In this document: piece after piece, positions 21,111-26,679 of the stretch
How positions within the stretch are numbered: position 1 is the stretch's first letter
Layout of the letters: each line of letters opens with the position of its first letter
The notes under the pieces: generated by a model
What the model was told of the DNA's origin: nothing
Database searches by the model: none
What the model saw: only the letters and a program-made list of their open reading frames with translations
Position numbers and translations under genes: made by a program
Source of the DNA: Octopus sinensis
Lineage: Eukaryota
NCBI RefSeq assembly: GCF_006345805.1
Contig: NW_021834721.1
Coordinates: 1 to 26,679 of the forward strand
Direction of reading: 5' to 3'
DNA: 26,679 nucleotides

Positions 21111-21236
21111 GTAGCAGCAGACGAAATACCACTAAGCATTCCACCCGGTGTGCTATTGTTTCTGCCAGCGATCCCTCAACCGCGAGTCCGCTCTGCTCTA
21201 ACCACTAGGCTATGTGCCTCCACTTTTTTTTTTTTT

Positions 21237-21316
21237 ACTTCAGAAATGATAAGAGTGTTCAGAGGAAACTCCAGAAGAATTACTGTCACATGAATGAGAC
21301 GAAACTTTCATCATGA
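21237..21316 (-). ncRNA. C/D-box snoRNA-like sequence (possible retrocopy), sense in SRP14 intron 4
   Basis: C box ATGATGA (21314-21308) 2 nt after a TSD; D box CTGA (21243-21240) followed by 3 nt and an A13 run; GAAA/UUUC extends kink-turn stem II; internal CTGA at 21262-21259; length 80 nt. Target not established. Confidence 0.5.
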
Positions 21317-21384
21317 GAAGCAAACTTCTTACCACACAGCCACACCTGTATCTGTGTAAGTCGTTAAGACAAAAAGCTACTCAC

Positions 21385-21417
21385 CATCTGAAATTTATTT
21401 ACCTCCTTTTGATTTAC
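21385..21417 (-). CDS. SRP14: SRP14 exon 4 (33-nt microexon)
   Basis: Acceptor poly(t)cag|GTA; VNQKEVNKFQM matches SRP14 V..KEVNKFQM; donor ATG|gtgagt, phase 0. Confidence 0.95.
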
Positions 21418-21669
21418 CTGAAAAAAAAAAAATGAAGATGGTAGTTAAAAGTAGTGGTACTAAATATATTGATTCAACCAATAGTCTCTCTCTCTCTCAA
21501 TAAAGTCTTTCAATGCTAATAGTTTTACCAATGCCAGTAACATAGTAACATTTTATAAATGCTAGTAATAAATTAAAAATATTTTCACCCATGACATGCA
21601 AGTTACGCTTTTTATTTTTGTTTTATTTTTTCTAAATTTTTTTTTCTCTTTTAGGATTTGACTAGCACT

Positions 21670-21941
21670 TTGACCCGGTCTCTTTTGCCAAACCGCTAAG
21701 TTACGGGGACGTAAACACACCAGCATCAGTTGTCAAGCGATGTTGGGAGGGACAACACATATATATATACATATATACGACGGGCTTCTTTCAGTTTGTC
21801 TACCAAATCCACTTACAAGGCTTTGATCGGCCCGAGGCTATAGTAGAAGACACTTGCCCAAGGTGCCACGCAGTGGGACTGAACCCAGAACCATGTAGTT
21901 GGTAAGCAAGCTACTTACCACACAGCCACTCCTGCGCCTAT
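21670..21941 (-). mobile_element. SINE family A, head plus body
   Basis: Matches family A; tail absent. Confidence 0.83.
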
Positions 21942-22097
21942 ATTTTTTTTTTTTTAAGTTTCAGCTCAGAGCTGCGGCCATGCTGATGCACCACCATTAT
22001 ATATATATACATATATATATTTTTTAATGAACTGACTTAGACAGCACAGAACCCGAAACAACTATGGTATAAGACAAGAGAACACAATTATACTTAC

Positions 22098-22219
22098 TAT
22101 AGTGGAAATTTTCTTTTTACCTAAAGATGCTCTGAGGATACATTTATATTCTACTGTTTCATGGGATATGCTTTGTTCTGATCGGTTAGATTTTGGTTTA
22201 GGCCTAGTTCGACCATCAT
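22098..22219 (-). CDS. SRP14: SRP14 exon 3
   Basis: Acceptor ccattttag|AT; (Y)DGRTRPKPKSNRSEQSISHETVEYKCILRASLGKKKISTI (122 nt), with motifs YDGRT.P.P and KC.LRA..GKKKIST; donor ATA|gtaagt, phase 0. Confidence 0.95.
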
Positions 22220-23595
22220 CTAAAATGGAAAGTTGAAATTAATAAAAATAATAATTAGAAACACTGTTAGAAGACCCCACATTTGGGGGAGAGTACAATT
22301 AATTAGAGTAATCCAAGTCCTAGACTAATACTTCACTTTTTCAATTACAGAGAGAGACGTGGATATGGTTGTTTTGATACATAACTCACTTTGATACATG
22401 GTTTTGAGCCTCAGTGTGGTACCTTGGTAACCTGATGCCAGTGAATGACTTGTGAGTAAACTGGTAACAAGAAACTGTATGGAAGCCTCTGTGTGTGTAA
22501 ATAAAAATAAGGTCCAAGGATTGAGGTGTAGCAAGGTAGCTTCAAGCAATTCATAGAAAATATAAAAAGTAGCCTGCGATGCACACCTCACTTGGATATT
22601 TACGACTACCAAGGTTCCACTTGCTATGAAATATATGTAGTCCAGATTTTAGCTACTCCATTCCTTAACTCTTGTGAGTGTGTGTGTGTATATACACACA
22701 CACACACACATATATATATATATGCCCCGTGCCAGTGGCACGTAAAAAGCACCACCTGACCGTGTCTGTTGCCGTGTCTGGTGTTCGACACCAGAGCAGT
22801 ACCATTCAATCTATTGGTGTCAACAGCACTAAAAGAAGTGCTGTTTGGGAACAAACATACCAGAAAACAAACACACAAGCTTTCAAACATACTTACCCTG
22901 TGTACAACAGTATTCAATCTAAATATAGGCAGGATTAACTTCAAAATTAAACTACAGCAAGAAACACATAAATCTCTGTACATCTGTATCAGTATTAATA
23001 GTAAACCTACAATAAGTAGATTATATACTAAATAGCAACCAATCTTTAAGTCCATACAAATGATAATCCCACCAGTCTTCCGTAGTTACTAATATAAGTA
23101 TTTATCACCAGTGTTTTAACGACCATTTTTCCGTGCCTGCATGGGTTGAAAGGAGTTTGTTAAAGTAGATTCTCAACAGCCAGATGCCTACTATTACTCT
23201 CACCCCAACAAGATGAGTAGAAATGCCACTGAATAGTGAGAATGGTGGGGGACCAAAGTGTGACACACTGACACACAAATTCATTTTGGCATTTATTATT
23301 TATATATATATATATATATCATCATCATCATCGTTTAACGTCCGTTTTCCATGCTAGCATGGGTTATATATATATATATATATAATATATATATATATGC
23401 CCTTCCTAACGCCAACCACTCCAAAAGTGTACACACCCACTACACTCTTGGAGTGGTTGGCATTAGGAAGGGCATCTAACTGTAGAAACTCTGCCAGATC
23501 AGATTGGAACCTGGTGCAGCCATCTGGCTCGCCAGTCCTCAGTCAAACTGTCCAACCCATGCCAGCATGGAAAGCGGACGCTAAACAATGATGTT

Positions 23596-23633
<38 letters not shown>

Positions 23634-23723
23634 TATATATATATGCGCACATACACACAACAGGTTTCTTTCAGTTTCCATTTACCAAATCCACTTGTAT
23701 GGTATTGGTTGGTCTGGGGCTAT

Positions 23724-24262
23724 ATCATCATCATCCAGTATTTTGAATCCAGGTTTTGTCCCCATTAGCAGGGGTGGCCAGATCTACCTCAATGCCATAG
23801 CAACCGCCCTCACACCATCTCGCCCAGTTTTGGCTGTCCTCCCTTCTCAAGCCAACCCACCCAATCTCTTCCTCCACCCTACACATTTTCCTCAGTCTAC
23901 CTTGCTTTTGCTGTCCATTTACCTCAAACTCTAGCACCCTCTTCAGAACATGCTCTTCATCCCTCCTCAACACATACCACCACGCTCCATTCGCCCTTAC
24001 CAACCATTCCATCAATTCCTTCAATCCCCAGCATCCTCACCAAGTCCTCACTCCTCCTCTTATCAAACAGCCTCATGCCACACATCTCTTTCACCATTGC
24101 TCTCTCAGTCCTCCTCAAAATTGCCATCTCCCTCTCCCTCAGACACCATGTCTCACTCCCATACAGCATCGCAGCTCTCACACAATTCCCATAAACCTTT
24201 CCTTTCATCTTCAATGAGAACCTTTTTCCCATATAACAATGCTCCACATTCCTTGAATAATA
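23724..24262 (-). mobile_element. Second RTE-clade LINE family, 5'-truncated, inserted into a family A SINE
   Basis: Peptide RFSLKMKGKVYGNCVRAAMLYGSETWCL...LRRTERAMV..MCG; short 3'UTR and (GAT)n tail that differ from the first family; SINE A halves on both sides. Confidence 0.82.
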
Positions 24263-24548
24263 GGATACATTAGCCCAAGGGGCTGTGCAATGGGACTGAG
24301 CCAAAGACCACATGATTGGGAAACTAGGAAGCAAGCTTCTTAACCATACACCCATGGGCTTCCTACAGTTTCCCTCCATCGAATCCACAACCAAAACACT
24401 GGTCAGACTAGTGCTATAGTAAAAGACACTGCTGTGCAGTGGGACTGAACCTGAAAATACATGGTCGCTAAGTGGCCTAAATATAATTAAACGACCAGTC
24501 CACACCATATTAATTGTTCCTGTTATTTCTCATCAATGATGTATTTTG

Positions 24549-24777
24549 ACTCTCTTTTACTCTTTTACTTGTTTCAGTCATTTGATTGTGGCCATGCTGG
24601 AGCACTGCCTTTAGTCGAGCAAACCAATCCCAGGACTTATTCTTTGTAAGCCTAGTACTTATTCTATCAGTCTCTTTTGCCGAACCACTAAGTTACAGGG
24701 ACGTAAACACACCACCATTGGTTGTCAAGCGATGTTGGGGGGACAAACACAGACACACAAACATACATAATATATAT

Positions 24778-24824
<47 letters not shown>

Positions 24825-24991
24825 TACGACAGGCTTCTTTCAGTTTCCGTCTACCAAATCCACTCACAAGGCTTTGGTCGGCCCGAGGCTATAGTAGAAG
24901 ACACTTGCCCAAGGTGCCACGCAGTGGGACTGAACCTAGAACCATGTGATTGGTAAGCAAGCTACTTACTACACAGCCACTCCTACGCCTA
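24549..24991 (-). mobile_element. SINE family A, full length
   Basis: Matches family A end to end. Confidence 0.88.
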
Positions 24992-25127
24992 CTCGTTTAG
25001 ATTTCTTACAAAAGGGCTCAGAATTATAAACCTGAACAAAACCTTGTGGCCCTTCATGCATTTAAGTGAGTAAGCAGTGAAAGTGAACCAAGAATGAAAA
25101 GTAGCTCAGAGATGGACTTGCTACAAG

Positions 25128-25361
25128 TCATCATCATCATCATCATCATCACCACCACCATCACGACCATCATCACCACCATCATCATCATCATCATCAT
25201 CATCACCACAATCATCACCACCACCACCACCATCATCATCATGACCATCATCATCATCATCATCACCATCATCATCACCATCATCATCACCACCACATCA
25301 TCATCACCATCATCATGACCATCATCATCATCATGACCATCATCATCATCATCATCATCAT
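25128..25361. repeat. Compound (CAT/CAC)n trinucleotide microsatellite
   Basis: About 235 bp of CAT/CAC triplets. Confidence 0.95.
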
Positions 25362-25388
25362 TCTATGAAAAAAGAAACTGATACTTAC

Positions 25389-25461
25389 ATCGTTTCATTG
25401 TTATATTCAATGACCCCGATGTCTTTGATCTTTGAAAAAATCTGGTGAGTTCGCTAAGAAA
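25389..25461 (-). CDS. SRP14: SRP14 (signal recognition particle 14 kDa, Alu domain), exon 2; exon 1 not found in window
   Basis: Acceptor tctatttcag|TTT; FLSELTRFFQRSKTSGSLNITMKR+T (73 nt) matches SRP14 FL.ELTR.FQ...tSGS..IT.K; donor T|gtaagt, phase 1. Confidence 0.95.
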
Positions 25462-25640
25462 CTGAAATAGACAAAGAGCAAATGAGAAATGAGGATAATA
25501 TAACATCACAAAGGAAGAACAGACTAGTACCGTCATCATGAGCAACCTGTGGGTCATCTAATAAAAACTTACCTTAAATTTTTTTTTTTTTTTGCTGTGT
25601 AGCCCATATGATGATGATTTTTATCTCATACAGCACACCT

Positions 25641-25848
25641 ATTTCTTTACTACCCACGAGGGGTTAAACACAGAGAGGACAAACAGATTAAGTCGATTAC
25701 ATCAATCCCAGTGCTTGACTGGTACTTAATTTATCGACCCTGAAAGGATGAAAGGCAAAGTTGACCTCGACGGAATTGGAACTCAGAACGTAGCGGCTGA
25801 CAAAATACTGCTAAGCATTTCGTCCGACATGCTAACGATTCTGCCAGA
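25641..25848 (-). mobile_element. SINE family B monomer, slightly 5'-truncated
   Basis: Reverse complement of the family B consensus; short flanking repeat ACACCT. Further partial or decayed B copies near 4690-4770(-), 9509-9920(+), 14740-14818(+), 17752-17865(-). Confidence 0.85.
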
Positions 25849-26479
25849 ACACCTGTCACAAAAGGTTGCCCATGCGTGATCTAGTGGTTAAGGTAGAAGA
25901 CAAGCAGTAAAGTATCTCAGGTTTTGAGTTCACATCCAAGGCAAGTGTTTTACTAAATCTACGTGGAAAGATTATTCTGTAAAACCTAGTCTCTCAAGCT
26001 GTTTAGAACAGTCTCCTGACTATGGTCACTATTCCAACAATATTACTAGTGATTATCTGATGTTCAGCACATGGAGGAAATGTACTTCCACTCCTGTACT
26101 TGAAGAACAGTGAAGAACAGAGGTTGTGTCAACAAAGTGCCATTCAGGGAGTCGACAGTTCACATCACTAATACCGCACTGTTTCTTGGACTATGGCCAG
26201 GTCAACTTCATTGTTGATCTAGCTATAATTAAGTGAACTGAATTCCTGAATCTGAGAATCTCCCAGCTAACATCAGGTATCCTATCCAAAAAGAGACATC
26301 CCTCGTCTGCTTAATTCTACAGAAATCCTGTGTTCAGCACTGACCTTTTGGAAGTTATAATCAGGGTTGTGGAGTCGAAACAAAAAACTTCTGTACTATT
26401 TCCGACTCCGACTCCAACTTCTTTTTATGTAATTAAGTGATTGTGGTTTACATTTCTCATAAAGCATATGCATACGCTT

Positions 26480-26679
26480 GTACTTTACTCTTTTACTTGT
26501 TTCAGCCATTTGACTGTGGCCATGCTGGAGAACTGCCTTTAGTCAAGCAAATCAACCCCAGGACTTATTCCTTGCAAGCCTAGTACTTATTCTACCAATC
26601 TCTTTTGCCGAACCACTAAGTTACGTGGATGTAAACACACCAGCATTGGTTGTCAAGCAATGTTAAAGGGACAAACACA
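26480..26679 (-). mobile_element. SINE family A, 3' half, runs off the window
   Basis: Tail and body match family A. Confidence 0.83.

Noticed and set aside
1953-25461. Functional linkage of SRP14 and C1D as an RNA-surveillance cluster
   Set aside because: Both are RNA-related, but adjacency of two housekeeping genes 6.6 kb apart in a eukaryote is not evidence of a shared system without conserved synteny.
25462-25545. ATGATGA C-box-like motif upstream of SRP14 exon 2, and the 64-aa ORF 25363-25557 as an N-terminal extension
   Set aside because: No D box before the exon. The upstream translation does not resemble the SRP14 N-terminus and overlies a clear polypyrimidine tract and acceptor.
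26060-26170. GTGATGT...CTGA...CTGA on the minus strand in SRP14 intron 1
   Set aside because: Imperfect C box and no convincing terminal stem or guide; not supportable without a search.
26362-26418. CAGGGTTGTGGAGTCG...CGACTCCGACTCCAAC short inverted motif
   Set aside because: Probably one end of a DNA transposon, but the second terminus and TSD are not visible.

Overview
AT-rich, repeat-dense eukaryotic (metazoan) genomic DNA. The SINE/LINE families look like those of a coleoid cephalopod (Octopus); this is inferred from repeat content, not proven. Two spliced housekeeping genes lie in tandem on the minus strand. (1) A complete 5-exon C1D/Rrp47 exosome-cofactor gene: CDS 11860-11729, 7922-7856, 6270-6215, 4947-4800, 2050-1953; 166 aa; all introns GT-AG and phase-compatible. 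(2) Exons 2-5 of SRP14: 25461-25389, 22219-22098, 21417-21385, 18546-18457; exon 1 was not found and probably lies beyond the right edge. Almost all ORFs in the six-frame track are chance readings of repeats. Introns and intergenic DNA are filled with three tRNA-derived SINE families, 5'-truncated RTE and CR1/L2-type LINEs, a non-autonomous Helitron, several MITEs and microsatellites. The most striking object is a 516-bp TSD-flanked palindromic retro-element in the last SRP14 intron (18575-19090): two divergent tRNA-type Pol III heads, each followed by a minimal Penelope-type hammerhead ribozyme motif (intact on the SRP14 sense strand). Second is a TSD-flanked chimeric insertion (20688-21316) that begins with an 80-nt C/D-box snoRNA-like sequence plus oligo(A) fused to SINEs.
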